Origin: Streptosporangiales bacterium
Lineage (GTDB): Bacteria > Actinomycetota > Actinomycetes > Streptosporangiales > WHST01
Assembly (NCBI GenBank): GCA_009379825.1
Contig: WHTA01000014.1
Coordinates: forward strand, 20,843-84,842
DNA length: 64,000 bases
Reading direction: 5' to 3'
Position numbers and translations under genes: made by a program. Each line of letters begins with the position of its first letter. Position 1 is the first letter of the stretch. Below are positions 55,822-64,000 of the stretch, in pieces. Below the pieces are notes generated by a model. That model searched no databases, was not told the DNA's origin, and saw only the letters and a list, made by a program, of their open reading frames with translations.

Positions 55822-57843
55822 ATGATGAGCAGACAGTCGCTCGGCTGGTACGTGCGCAGGCTGCAGCGGATGCGTCCGCAGGAGGTGTTCTGGCGGACTC
55901 GCGACCTCGCGTTGCACGTCGGCTGGTCGGCACGGCCACTGCACGCCGGCAGGTCGAGGTCCCGACCGCCGGCGGTCGCCGACCCGCGGTTCACCGCGAC
56001 GCTGCCCGCGAACGCCGCCGACAGAGTGCCCACCGACGTGGCGAAGACGGTCGTGACCGCGGCGGACGAGCTGCTCGCCGGCCGGCTGTACGTACTCGGG
56101 GTGTGGCGGCTGGACCTCCGGCAGCCCGACTGGTTCCTCGACCCGATCACCGGGCGACGCAGCGATCCCACCAGGCACAGCTACACGATCAACCAACGGT
56201 CGGTCGACGAGGTGGGCAACGTCAAGCAGGTATGGGAGCTCTCCAGGCACCAGTACCTCACCCAGCTGGCGGCCGCGTACTACCTCACCGGTGACGACAC
56301 GTACGCGGAACGGGTGCACGACCACCTCACGTCGTGGTGGCAGGCGAACCCGTTCCTGCGTGGGGTGCACTGGACGAGCGGGATCGAGGTCGGCATCCGG
56401 CTGCTCAGCTGGGTCTGGATCAGGCGGCTGCTCGACGGGTGGCCGCGGGTCACCGAGCTGTTCGAGCTCAACGATGCGGCGTTACAGCAGCTGTACTGGC
56501 ACCAGCGCTATCTTGCGGCGTTCCGCAGCCGCGGCACGTCCGCGAACAACCACGTGATCGCGGAGGCCGCCGGTCTGCTCGCGGCGAGCTGTGCGTTCCC
56601 CTGGTTCTCCGCGAGTGCCGGCTGGCGCGCAGACGCTACTTCGTTGCTGCAGCGGGAGCTGGCGAACAACACCTTCGCCGACGGCCTGAACCGCGAGCTG
56701 GCGACCGAGTACCACCGGCTCGTCACGGAGCTCGGCGTGCTCGCGGCGGTCGAGGCGGACGCCGCCGGCGCACCGGTGGACGCAGAGACTTGGACCAGGC
56801 TCACAGCCATGTTCGACACTGCGGCGGCCGTCGTCGACGAGACCTGTCGTGCGCCGCGGCAGGGCGACGGCGACGACGGGCGCGCACTGTTGCTCGAGCC
56901 GCGGGCGGAGTCGGACGACTGGTCGGCGCTGCTCACCCTCGGGTCAGCCGTCGTCGGCGCGCTTCCGTGGTGGCCGTGCAGCCGACCTGACCTCGTCAGC
57001 GACCTGGTGTGCAGCCTGACGGCGCGGCCGCCGGTGGCGGCAGCACGGCGGCCCGTGCGCCGCGCGGACCACTTCGCCGACGCCGGGCTCACCCTGCTGC
57101 GGACGAACGATCCCGAGCGTGCGGAGATCTGGTGCAGGTGCGACGGCGGACCGCACGGCTTCCTCGGCATCGCGGCGCACGCACACGCCGACGCGCTCTC
57201 GATCGAGCTGCGGGTCGGCGGGATCGACGTGCTCGCCGACCCCGGCACGTACTGCTACCACGACCAACCGCGGTGGCGTAGCTACTTCAGGAGCACGATC
57301 GCGCACAACACCGTGGAGCTCGGCTGGCGGGACCAGTCGATCGCCGGCGGCCCGTTCCTCTGGTCGCAGCCCGTCGACGGCAGCAGTCTCGACGTCGCCG
57401 TCGGCTCGCATGCCAGCCGGGTGCGGTGGTGCGCCGAGCACACCGGCTACTGGACGCTGTCTACGGGCACCGGGCACCGCCGTACGGTCGTGCTGGACCG
57501 CGAGCGACGCGTCCTCGAGGTCGGCGACCACTTCGACGTCGACGGCTCGCCGCCGGCGATCCGGATGGCGTACCACCTGGGGCCGGCCGTCGACGTGTCA
57601 TTGCGCGGCAGCACGGCCACGTTGAGCTGGACCGCTGTGGACGGCGGCGGCAACGGCGCCACCGTCGAGCTACCAGAACGGCTGTCGTGGTCGTTGCACC
57701 GCGGTGAGACCGAGCCGATCCTCGGCTGGTACTCACCGAGCTTCGGGGAGCGGGTGCCGACGTACACCTTGCTCGGTACCAGCCTCCGGCTGCCCGCCGA
57801 CCCGCTACGCACCGTCGTTCGGGTGTACGGAGACGTCCGATGA
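55822..57843 (+). CDS. heparinase II/III-family protein (no signal peptide)
   Basis: WELSRHQYL..LAAAYYLTGDDTYAERV, HWTSGIEVGIRLLSW and NNHVIAEAAGL blocks. The C-terminal part contains HAHADALSIEL. Confidence 0.8.
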   Translation: MMSRQSLGWYVRRLQRMRPQEVFWRTRDLALHVGWSARPLHAGRSRSRPPAVADPRFTATLPANAADRVPTDVAKTVVTAADELLAGRLYVLGVWRLDLRQPDWFLDPITGRRSDPTRHSYTINQRSVDEVGNVKQVWELSRHQYLTQLAAAYYLTGDDTYAERVHDHLTSWWQANPFLRGVHWTSGIEVGIRLLSWVWIRRLLDGWPRVTELFELNDAALQQLYWHQRYLAAFRSRGTSANNHVIAEAAGLLAASCAFPWFSASAGWRADATSLLQRELANNTFADGLNRELATEYHRLVTELGVLAAVEADAAGAPVDAETWTRLTAMFDTAAAVVDETCRAPRQGDGDDGRALLLEPRAESDDWSALLTLGSAVVGALPWWPCSRPDLVSDLVCSLTARPPVAAARRPVRRADHFADAGLTLLRTNDPERAEIWCRCDGGPHGFLGIAAHAHADALSIELRVGGIDVLADPGTYCYHDQPRWRSYFRSTIAHNTVELGWRDQSIAGGPFLWSQPVDGSSLDVAVGSHASRVRWCAEHTGYWTLSTGTGHRRTVVLDRERRVLEVGDHFDVDGSPPAIRMAYHLGPAVDVSLRGSTATLSWTAVDGGGNGATVELPERLSWSLHRGETEPILGWYSPSFGERVPTYTLLGTSLRLPADPLRTVVRVYGDVR

Positions 57844-59153
57844 GCAGCCAACAGCTGGACCTCAGCAGGTCGTGGGCCGCGCTGCGCCGGAAGCGGAAGC
57901 TGATCGTGCTGCTCGCTCTGCTCGGTCTCTGCTGCGGGCTGGTGCTCGCCGCGGTGTTCCCCGCCATGCCCACCGGCAAGGCGCTCGTCGTGCTGGCGCC
58001 ACCGGAACCTGGGAAGGACGGTGTCGCGCCTGAGCGCGACATCCAGACGCAGGTGCTGGTCGCGAACAGCACACCCATCCTGGACAGCGCCGGTCGGCAG
58101 GTGCAGCCACCGCTGCGGTCCACGGTCGTCAAGAAGCGGGTGCGCGTCACCGCCGTCACGCAGGAGATCCTGGAGATCGAGGCGGCCGGCACGTCGCCGA
58201 AACAGGCCAGGCAGCTCGCCAACGCGGTCGCGGGGGCCTACGTCGGCTACGTCACCGAGAGCCGACACAGCCTGCCGAAGGGATCGGCGCAGCGCGTCGA
58301 CGCGCGGATACTCGAACCCGCGACGACCACCACCGGTGGCAACGTCTTCATCCACCTGGCGATCTACGGTGCGGTGGGCGCGGCAGCGGTGACCCTGCTC
58401 ATGGTCATCACGGTGCTCGTCGCGGCGCGCGGCGATCGGCGGCTGCGGTTCCGCGACGACATCGCGGACGCGGTCGGCATCCCTGTACTCGCCTCGTTGC
58501 TGACCCGGCGGGCGACGGACGTCGCCGGGTGGGCGGAGCTGTTCGAGCGCTACCGGCCGAGCGCCGTCGACGCGTGGAACCTGCGCAAGATGCTGCGCCA
58601 CTTCGGCGTCGGCGGTGACGAGCCGGTCGCCGTCACTGTCGTGTCGTTCGTCGAGGACCCGCGCGCGCTCGCCGTGGGCCCGCAGATCGCCGCGTTCGCC
58701 TCGTCGATCGGTGTGGCGACCGAGCTCGTCGTGCAGACCAAGCACGAGGCGGTGGCGTCGCTGGTCGCCGTCGAACCCGCGGTGCTCGCGGTGTGGGACG
58801 GTCCGCGGCTGCGTACCGGAGAGACCGCTACCACGCCGCACGACGCGCTCGCGCGGACGGAACCTGCGTTGCGGTTGCGCGTCGTCGTCGTCGGCAGGGA
58901 ACGCCCGCGGTTCGTCGACCCGGATGACGGCAGCTCGACGGTAGTGGCGTTGACCGCCGGGCGGGTGACGGCGGAGGAGCTGGCCAGGATCGCGGTGGCG
59001 GCGGCCGACAGCGGCCGCACCGTCGACGGGCTCCTGGTCGCCGACCCCGACCCCACCGACCGCACGACCGGCAGGGCGCCGCACACCAGACGGTACGCGG
59101 CATCGAGCACGGCGACGATACTGCCCGGGGTGGTCAGGGGGATCCGACGGTGA
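57840..59153 (+). CDS. polysaccharide co-polymerase (Wzz/PCP)-like membrane protein with P-loop-less C-terminal domain
   Basis: TM1 (LIVLLALLGLCCGLVLAAVF), a short extracytoplasmic segment, then TM2 (IHLAIYGAVGAAAVTLLMVITVLVAA). The ~230-aa cytoplasmic domain sits where BY-kinase modules normally sit but has no GK[ST] motif. Confidence 0.55.
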   Translation: MSSQQLDLSRSWAALRRKRKLIVLLALLGLCCGLVLAAVFPAMPTGKALVVLAPPEPGKDGVAPERDIQTQVLVANSTPILDSAGRQVQPPLRSTVVKKRVRVTAVTQEILEIEAAGTSPKQARQLANAVAGAYVGYVTESRHSLPKGSAQRVDARILEPATTTTGGNVFIHLAIYGAVGAAAVTLLMVITVLVAARGDRRLRFRDDIADAVGIPVLASLLTRRATDVAGWAELFERYRPSAVDAWNLRKMLRHFGVGGDEPVAVTVVSFVEDPRALAVGPQIAAFASSIGVATELVVQTKHEAVASLVAVEPAVLAVWDGPRLRTGETATTPHDALARTEPALRLRVVVVGRERPRFVDPDDGSSTVVALTAGRVTAEELARIAVAAADSGRTVDGLLVADPDPTDRTTGRAPHTRRYAASSTATILPGVVRGIRR

Positions 59154-60721
59154 GTGACCGGTGGGGCGTCGACAGGTCGGCCGCGGACCTCGACTGGGTC
59201 GGGGAGGACGAGACCGCCGTCGAGCCACCGGTCGGCTACCTGCCGGACGGGTTGGTGACGCTCCGGTACGTCTGGGACGCGGTACGCCGGCACGTGCGGC
59301 TGTGGGTCGCGATCGCGCTCCTCGGTCTGCTCGTCGGTTCGCTGGTGCCGGTCGTGTTGCCGCCGCCGAGCGAGGCCACCACGAGGCTGCTCCTTTCCCA
59401 CCGCGAAGGCGTCGACACGCTGCAGGCGATGGCAACGGACGTCAAGCTGGTGACCACGCGCACGGTCGCGTCGCGGGTGGTCGAGCAGCTCGGCCTGGAG
59501 GAGTCGCCCGACGAGCTGCTCGAGCAGTACGACGTGGCACAGGTGACCGACCGCATCGTGGAGATCTACGTACGGGCACCGACGGGTGCGGAAGCGAAGC
59601 TGCTCGCCAGCACCATCGCGAACACGTTCCTCGAGTTCCGCGTCGAGCAGGTGAAGGCACACCTGCGGCCGATGAAGGCGCAACTTTCCGCCGCGCAGGG
59701 CGACTTGACCGCGCTGCAGGAACGCATCGAGCGGCAGCAGGAGGAGCCCGACGTGGCCACGGAAGCCAGGCTCGGGCGACTTGAAGACCGGGTTGCCCAG
59801 ATGCGCGGACGGGTGGAAGACCAGCGGGCTGCCCGCGTGCTGGTGAGCAGCAGCCGCATCCTCGACCAGGCTGCGTTGACACCGAGGTCGAAGCTGAAGA
59901 CCGTGGTGCTCGACGTGGCCACCGGTATCGCCGGTGGGCTGGTGGTCGGGCTCGGCCTGGTGATCCTGCGCGCGCTCGTCTCCGACCGGGTCTGGCGGCG
60001 CCAGCTGATCGCGGACGCGCTTGGCGCGCCGGTCGCCGTGAACCTGTCCTCCATCGGCCGCCGGCGTGGGCTGCTGCCCGCGCGGCTCAACCGGTCGCAC
60101 CGGGCCCGCGTGGAGCTGGAGGTACAGGGCGTTGCGCGGCACGTTCGCCGGCTGCTCGGGGGCTCTCCCGGTGGGGACCCTGCGCTGTCCATCGTCGCCT
60201 TGAGCGACGAACGCACGGTGGCCTGGCTGACGGCGGAAGTGCTCCGGACGTTGGCCGACGCCGACACCAGGGTGCTGGCTGCCGATCTCTCCAGCGGCGG
60301 CTGGTTGGCCGGCGAGCTCGAGCACGCGACGGGCATCGACGTCTTCGTGCCGGACAGCGCGGAACGACCACCTGAAGGCCTGTCGGTGAGCGGTGAAGGC
60401 TCGCCCACCGAGGAGCTGCCGGCGGAGCTGCTCGCGGCCTGGGACGAAGCCGACACGATCATCGTATTCACCGACGTCTCGTTGCTGCAAGGCCTGGACC
60501 ACCTGAGCACCTGGGCGGACGAGGCCGTGGCCGTGGTGTCCGCAGGCGCCTGCACGGCGACCAGGTTGCGTACCACCTCCGAGCTGCTGACCCTCGCCGG
60601 CGTGCGGCTCGACTCGACCGTCGTGCTGCGTGGCGACCGGACCGACGAGACCGCCGGCATCCCCGGTGACGCGGCGGCCGAACCCACCGTCGCGCGGATA
60701 CTGCGGACGACCGTCCGATGA
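59150..60721 (+). CDS. polysaccharide co-polymerase (Wzz/PCP-2a-like, coiled-coil ectodomain) with P-loop-less C-terminal domain
   Basis: TM1 (LWVAIALLGLLVGSLVPVVL), a Wzz-like ectodomain with coiled coil (KAQLSAAQGDLTALQERIERQQ...), then TM2 (VLDVATGIAGGLVVGLGLVIL). The C-terminal domain reads LSIVALSDERTVAWLTAEVLRTLA where a Walker A is expected. Confidence 0.6.
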   Translation: MSDRWGVDRSAADLDWVGEDETAVEPPVGYLPDGLVTLRYVWDAVRRHVRLWVAIALLGLLVGSLVPVVLPPPSEATTRLLLSHREGVDTLQAMATDVKLVTTRTVASRVVEQLGLEESPDELLEQYDVAQVTDRIVEIYVRAPTGAEAKLLASTIANTFLEFRVEQVKAHLRPMKAQLSAAQGDLTALQERIERQQEEPDVATEARLGRLEDRVAQMRGRVEDQRAARVLVSSSRILDQAALTPRSKLKTVVLDVATGIAGGLVVGLGLVILRALVSDRVWRRQLIADALGAPVAVNLSSIGRRRGLLPARLNRSHRARVELEVQGVARHVRRLLGGSPGGDPALSIVALSDERTVAWLTAEVLRTLADADTRVLAADLSSGGWLAGELEHATGIDVFVPDSAERPPEGLSVSGEGSPTEELPAELLAAWDEADTIIVFTDVSLLQGLDHLSTWADEAVAVVSAGACTATRLRTTSELLTLAGVRLDSTVVLRGDRTDETAGIPGDAAAEPTVARILRTTVR

Positions 60722-61947
60722 CGAGCACGACAGCGTTCGAGCCCACGCTCCTCGACCCCGGGCAGGTCGAGTTGCGGCGCTGGCGCAGTACCAGCCGGCG
60801 GGTGGCGCTGATCTGGGCGCTGTTGGTCCTGAACGTGCTGACGTTCTACGACGAGATGCCGCGGCTGCTCCCGCTGCCCGGGATCGTCGGCACGATGCTC
60901 ACCCAGGGGGCACTGGTCGCGGCGATGGCGCTCGCGCTATCGGTGAACCGCCCGGTGGCGGTGCGGGCCAACGTCTACCTGCTGGTGCTCAGTGCTCTGC
61001 CGCTGCTCGCCCTGCTCACCAGTCTCCGCGCGGAGTTCGTCTTCGGCGCGCTGTTCCGCACCGGGCGGCTGGCGACGTTCGTGGCCGTGCTCTGGTTGCT
61101 GTCGCCGTGGTGGGGGAGGCGCGACCTGCTCCTCGTGCGCGCGCACCTGACCGCGCTGTGGGTGGTGCTCGGCTCCGTCGTCCTCGGCGCCGTCCTGGCC
61201 GGTGGGATGGCGTTCGAGCAGAATCGGCTCGCCGGCGTGCTCTGGCCGATTCCCTGGACCCAGGTGGCTCACTACGCGGCGGTCGCCGCGGGACTTTCGG
61301 CCGTGCTGTGGATGACGGGTGTTCTGCGGCGTGCGCCGGCGTTGACGGCCGTGGTCCTGGCGACGACGATCATGTTGCTGACGCAGACCCGGACTGCGCT
61401 GTTCGCCGTGATCGCCGGCGTGGTCGTGGCCGGCGTCAGTCTGTTCACCGCACACACCCGGGTGCGTCGGGCGTTCGCCATCGCGGTCGTGGTCGCGACG
61501 CTCGCGGCGTCCACCGTGTCGTCGGTCATCACGGCGTGGCTGGCGCGGGGCCAGAGCACCAACGAGCTCGGCGAGCTGACCGGCCGGACGAAGGTCTGGA
61601 CGGCGATCCTCGACGAGCCGCGGACGGTGGTGGAGGCGCTCGTGGGGTTCGGGCTGTCGAACAAGTCGTTCGACGGGTTGCCGATCGACAGCAACTGGCT
61701 GGCGACGTTCCGGGATCTCGGGTTGCTCGGCGTCGGGTTGAGCGTCGCGCTCGTGCTCGTCATCGCCATCGCGGCGACCGTGCGTCCGCAGGGCCCACGC
61801 CGTGCCCTTGCGCTTTTCCTCGTGACGTACTGCAGCGTCGCCTCGTTCACCGAGACCGGGCTCAGCGACGCGTCCGCGTACCTGCTCGAGCTCAGCCTCG
61901 CGGCATCGCTGGTGATGCGGCCCGTCTCGCCGTGGAGGCGGGCATGA
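60718..61947 (+). CDS. O-antigen ligase/polymerase family membrane protein (Wzy-like)
   Basis: 409 aa with ~10-12 TM segments and a Wzy_C-like central block (...LLTQTRTALFAVIAGVVVAG...). Confidence 0.7.
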   Translation: MTSTTAFEPTLLDPGQVELRRWRSTSRRVALIWALLVLNVLTFYDEMPRLLPLPGIVGTMLTQGALVAAMALALSVNRPVAVRANVYLLVLSALPLLALLTSLRAEFVFGALFRTGRLATFVAVLWLLSPWWGRRDLLLVRAHLTALWVVLGSVVLGAVLAGGMAFEQNRLAGVLWPIPWTQVAHYAAVAAGLSAVLWMTGVLRRAPALTAVVLATTIMLLTQTRTALFAVIAGVVVAGVSLFTAHTRVRRAFAIAVVVATLAASTVSSVITAWLARGQSTNELGELTGRTKVWTAILDEPRTVVEALVGFGLSNKSFDGLPIDSNWLATFRDLGLLGVGLSVALVLVIAIAATVRPQGPRRALALFLVTYCSVASFTETGLSDASAYLLELSLAASLVMRPVSPWRRA

Positions 61948-63158
61948 AGGTCATGGTCGTGCACAACAGGTACCGGTCGGCGGCGCCGAGCGGTGAGAAC
62001 CGGGTGGTCGACCAGGAGAGCCGGCTACTCGAGAACGCGGGGCACCAGGTCGCACACTTCGAGCGCGAGAGCGACGAGATCGACGACTGGTCGGTGTGGC
62101 AGAAGGCGTCGTTGCCGGCGCGGGTGGTGTGGAACCCGGCGACCCGCACGGCGCTTGGCGAGGCACTGCGCGGCTTCCGCCCCGACGTGGTGCACGTACA
62201 CAACACCTTCCCGTTGCTGAGCCCGTCGGTCCTCACCGCGTGCCGTACGGCCCGGGTACCCGTGGTGGCCACACTGCACAACTACAAGACGCTGTGCGCG
62301 AGCGGTGACTTCTACCGGGCAGGCCAGGTGTGCCATCGCTGCGCGAACGGCTCACCCGTCGCCGCGCTCGTGCACCGCTGCTACCGGAACTCGGTTGCAG
62401 CCACCACCCCGGTCGTGGTGAGCGGGATGGTGAACCGCTCCGCCTGGCGGCGGCTGGTCTCCGCGTACATCTTCATCTCCGCCTCGCAACGGCAGCTGTT
62501 GACCGAGTTACGCGCACCGCGGGAGCGGTGCTTCGTCAAGGCGAACTTCGTGCCGCGGATGGACACCGTCCCCGCGGTGGCCAAGCAGCCGATGGTGCTC
62601 TACGCCGGCAGGCTGGACGAGGCGAAGGGCGTGCCGCTGCTCCTCGCCGCCTGGGACCGCTACCGTGCGGCTGCCGGCGACGGCGGTCTGCGGCTGTGCA
62701 TCGTCGGTGGTGGACCACTCGCCGGTGACGTCGAGCGGTGGGCGGTCGGTCGGCGTGACGTGGACGTCGTCGGGTTGACCGACCGCGCCGAGTGCCTGCG
62801 GCTGCTGGCGCAGGCCAGGGCGGCGATCCTGCCGTCGCAGTGGGAGGAGACCTTCGGTCTCGTCGCGGTCGAGGCGATGGCCGTGCGGACACCGCCGGTC
62901 GCTCCCGCGCACGGCTCGTTCCCCGAGCTCATCACGCCCGGTGTCGACGGCGCGCTGTACCGTCCCGGCGACCCGGCCGACCTGGCGCGGGTGCTCGCCG
63001 ACATCGACACGCACCCGGACCGCTACGCCGGCTACGGGGCAAACGCGGCCGCCACGTACGAGCGCAGGTTCCGTCCGGAGGACAATGCCGAAGAGCTGGT
63101 CAGGATCCTCCGGTTCGCTATCGAGCATCCGGTGTTCCGGAGTCGGGGTGGGCGATGA
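61944..63158 (+). CDS. glycosyltransferase family 4 (GT-B)
   Basis: ATG at 61944 with an ATGA overlap. MKVMVVHNRY...SGENRVV..., and C-terminal PSQWEETFGLVAVEAMAVRTPPVA (E-x7-E). Confidence 0.85.
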   Translation: MKVMVVHNRYRSAAPSGENRVVDQESRLLENAGHQVAHFERESDEIDDWSVWQKASLPARVVWNPATRTALGEALRGFRPDVVHVHNTFPLLSPSVLTACRTARVPVVATLHNYKTLCASGDFYRAGQVCHRCANGSPVAALVHRCYRNSVAATTPVVVSGMVNRSAWRRLVSAYIFISASQRQLLTELRAPRERCFVKANFVPRMDTVPAVAKQPMVLYAGRLDEAKGVPLLLAAWDRYRAAAGDGGLRLCIVGGGPLAGDVERWAVGRRDVDVVGLTDRAECLRLLAQARAAILPSQWEETFGLVAVEAMAVRTPPVAPAHGSFPELITPGVDGALYRPGDPADLARVLADIDTHPDRYAGYGANAAATYERRFRPEDNAEELVRILRFAIEHPVFRSRGGR

Positions 63159-64000
63159 CCATACGTTCGCGGATCGTGGTGCTCGTGGCGGTGCTGGCCG
63201 TCGCGCTCGGCGTCGTGCTGCTCGGGGCCGTTCGGACGCCCGACGACGGCGGGAAGGCGGCGAGGCCGACCGCCAGCGATCCCACGACGCCACCCGCGCA
63301 GCCGCTGGCACGTGTCTGCGGGAACCGGGACGCGCTCGACGGCCCGCGACGGCCGCCGGCGGGCGCCGTCACCGTCGGCACCGACGAACCGCTCGACGAC
63401 GTAGCGGGCGCGCACCCGCCGGGTACGACGTTCTGGCTGGAAACCGGAGTGCACAAGCTCGGCACCGGGAAGTTCGACCAGATCGAGCCGGAGGACGGCG
63501 ACACGTACATCGGTGCGCCCGGTGCGGTGCTCGACGGGCAGCGGCGGAACAGCTACGCGTTCACCGGTAGCGCCAGCGCGGTCACCGTCGCCCATCTCAC
63601 CGTGCAGAACTTCGGCGCATCGGCGAGCAACAACGACGAGGGCGTCGTCAACCACGATGCCGCGCCGGGTTGGACGATCAGGGACAACACCGTGCGCAGG
63701 AACGCAGGTGCCGGCGTGATGCTCGGCAGCCGCAACGTGCTGCGCGGCAACTGCCTCAGCGACAACGGGCAGTACGGGTTCAGCGCGTACCACCCGGACG
63801 GTGTCCGGCAGCTGACGCTCGCCGGCAACGAGGTCGTAGGGAACAACACCGACGACTGGGAACGACGCCGGCCAGGGTGCGGGTGCTCCGGCGGCGGGAA
63901 GTTCTGGGAGGTGACCGGCGCAGACGTACGGGCCAACTGGGTGCACGACAACCGTGGCGCCGGACTGTGGGCCGACACCAACAACGCCGGGTTCACCATC
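63155..64000 (+). CDS. secreted/anchored right-handed parallel beta-helix repeat protein (partial; continues past the window end)
   Basis: Hand-translated open frame from ATG 63155 (ATGA overlap with the GT4 stop); it is absent from the ORF track because there is no stop within the window. It has an N-terminal hydrophobic anchor IVVLVAVLAVALGVVLLGA. Repeated ...N.V..N...DNG..G... turns follow (TIRDNTVRRNAGAGVML, LRGNCLSDNGQYGFSA, LAGNEVVGNN, VHDNRGAGLWAD). Confidence 0.6.
   Translation, partial: MTIRSRIVVLVAVLAVALGVVLLGAVRTPDDGGKAARPTASDPTTPPAQPLARVCGNRDALDGPRRPPAGAVTVGTDEPLDDVAGAHPPGTTFWLETGVHKLGTGKFDQIEPEDGDTYIGAPGAVLDGQRRNSYAFTGSASAVTVAHLTVQNFGASASNNDEGVVNHDAAPGWTIRDNTVRRNAGAGVMLGSRNVLRGNCLSDNGQYGFSAYHPDGVRQLTLAGNEVVGNNTDDWERRRPGCGCSGGGKFWEVTGADVRANWVHDNRGAGLWADTNNAGFTI

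Overview
High-GC actinobacterial-type chromosomal segment; GC and codon statistics were judged by eye, not computed. Positions 1 to ~36.5 kb are a conserved housekeeping backbone: metG-tatD, rpfB-rsmA-ispE, tRNA-Gln-glmU-prs, rplY-pth and cysQ-cysD-cysN. It is interspersed with accessory and regulatory genes: a choline-sulfatase-like gene, a PIMT-like methyltransferase with a long C-terminal extension, a 1000-aa AfsR/SARP regulator, TetR next to a decayed aldo/keto reductase, an ABC-F ATPase, MarR next to a frameshifted MetE-like gene, a vWA/AAA+ pair split by ppgK, a GH63 hydrolase, tam, a DUF62 SAM hydrolase, crcB-DUF190-crcB and PadR. From ~36.5 kb to the window end lies a ~27-kb polysaccharide biosynthesis locus built from two divergent, translationally coupled operons. 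The minus-strand operon looks like a CDP-hexose, C-methyl and amino sugar module with a pyruvyl transferase and a flippase. The plus-strand operon has an AlgD-like dehydrogenase, GT4s, AsnB, a bi-domain oxidoreductase, a heparinase II/III-like protein, two P-loop-less PCP proteins, Wzy and a beta-helix protein. Most noteworthy: (1) a 3 x 114-bp near-perfect tandem array at 25574-25915 that looks like an amplified chimeric copy of the convergent tam/DUF62 gene junction; (2) the composition of the polysaccharide locus, including tandem 'kinase-dead' PCP proteins, a paired canonical and degenerate C-methyltransferase, and a cytoplasmic heparinase II/III-like protein; (3) a shared AT-rich palindrome upstream of marR and in the GH63/tam divergent promoter; (4) three reading-frame lesions in two genes within 6.5 kb; (5) a long rpfB leader. 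No rRNA, CRISPR array, transposase or integrase was recognised. All family assignments come from motif and pattern recognition by eye and need HMM or BLAST confirmation.
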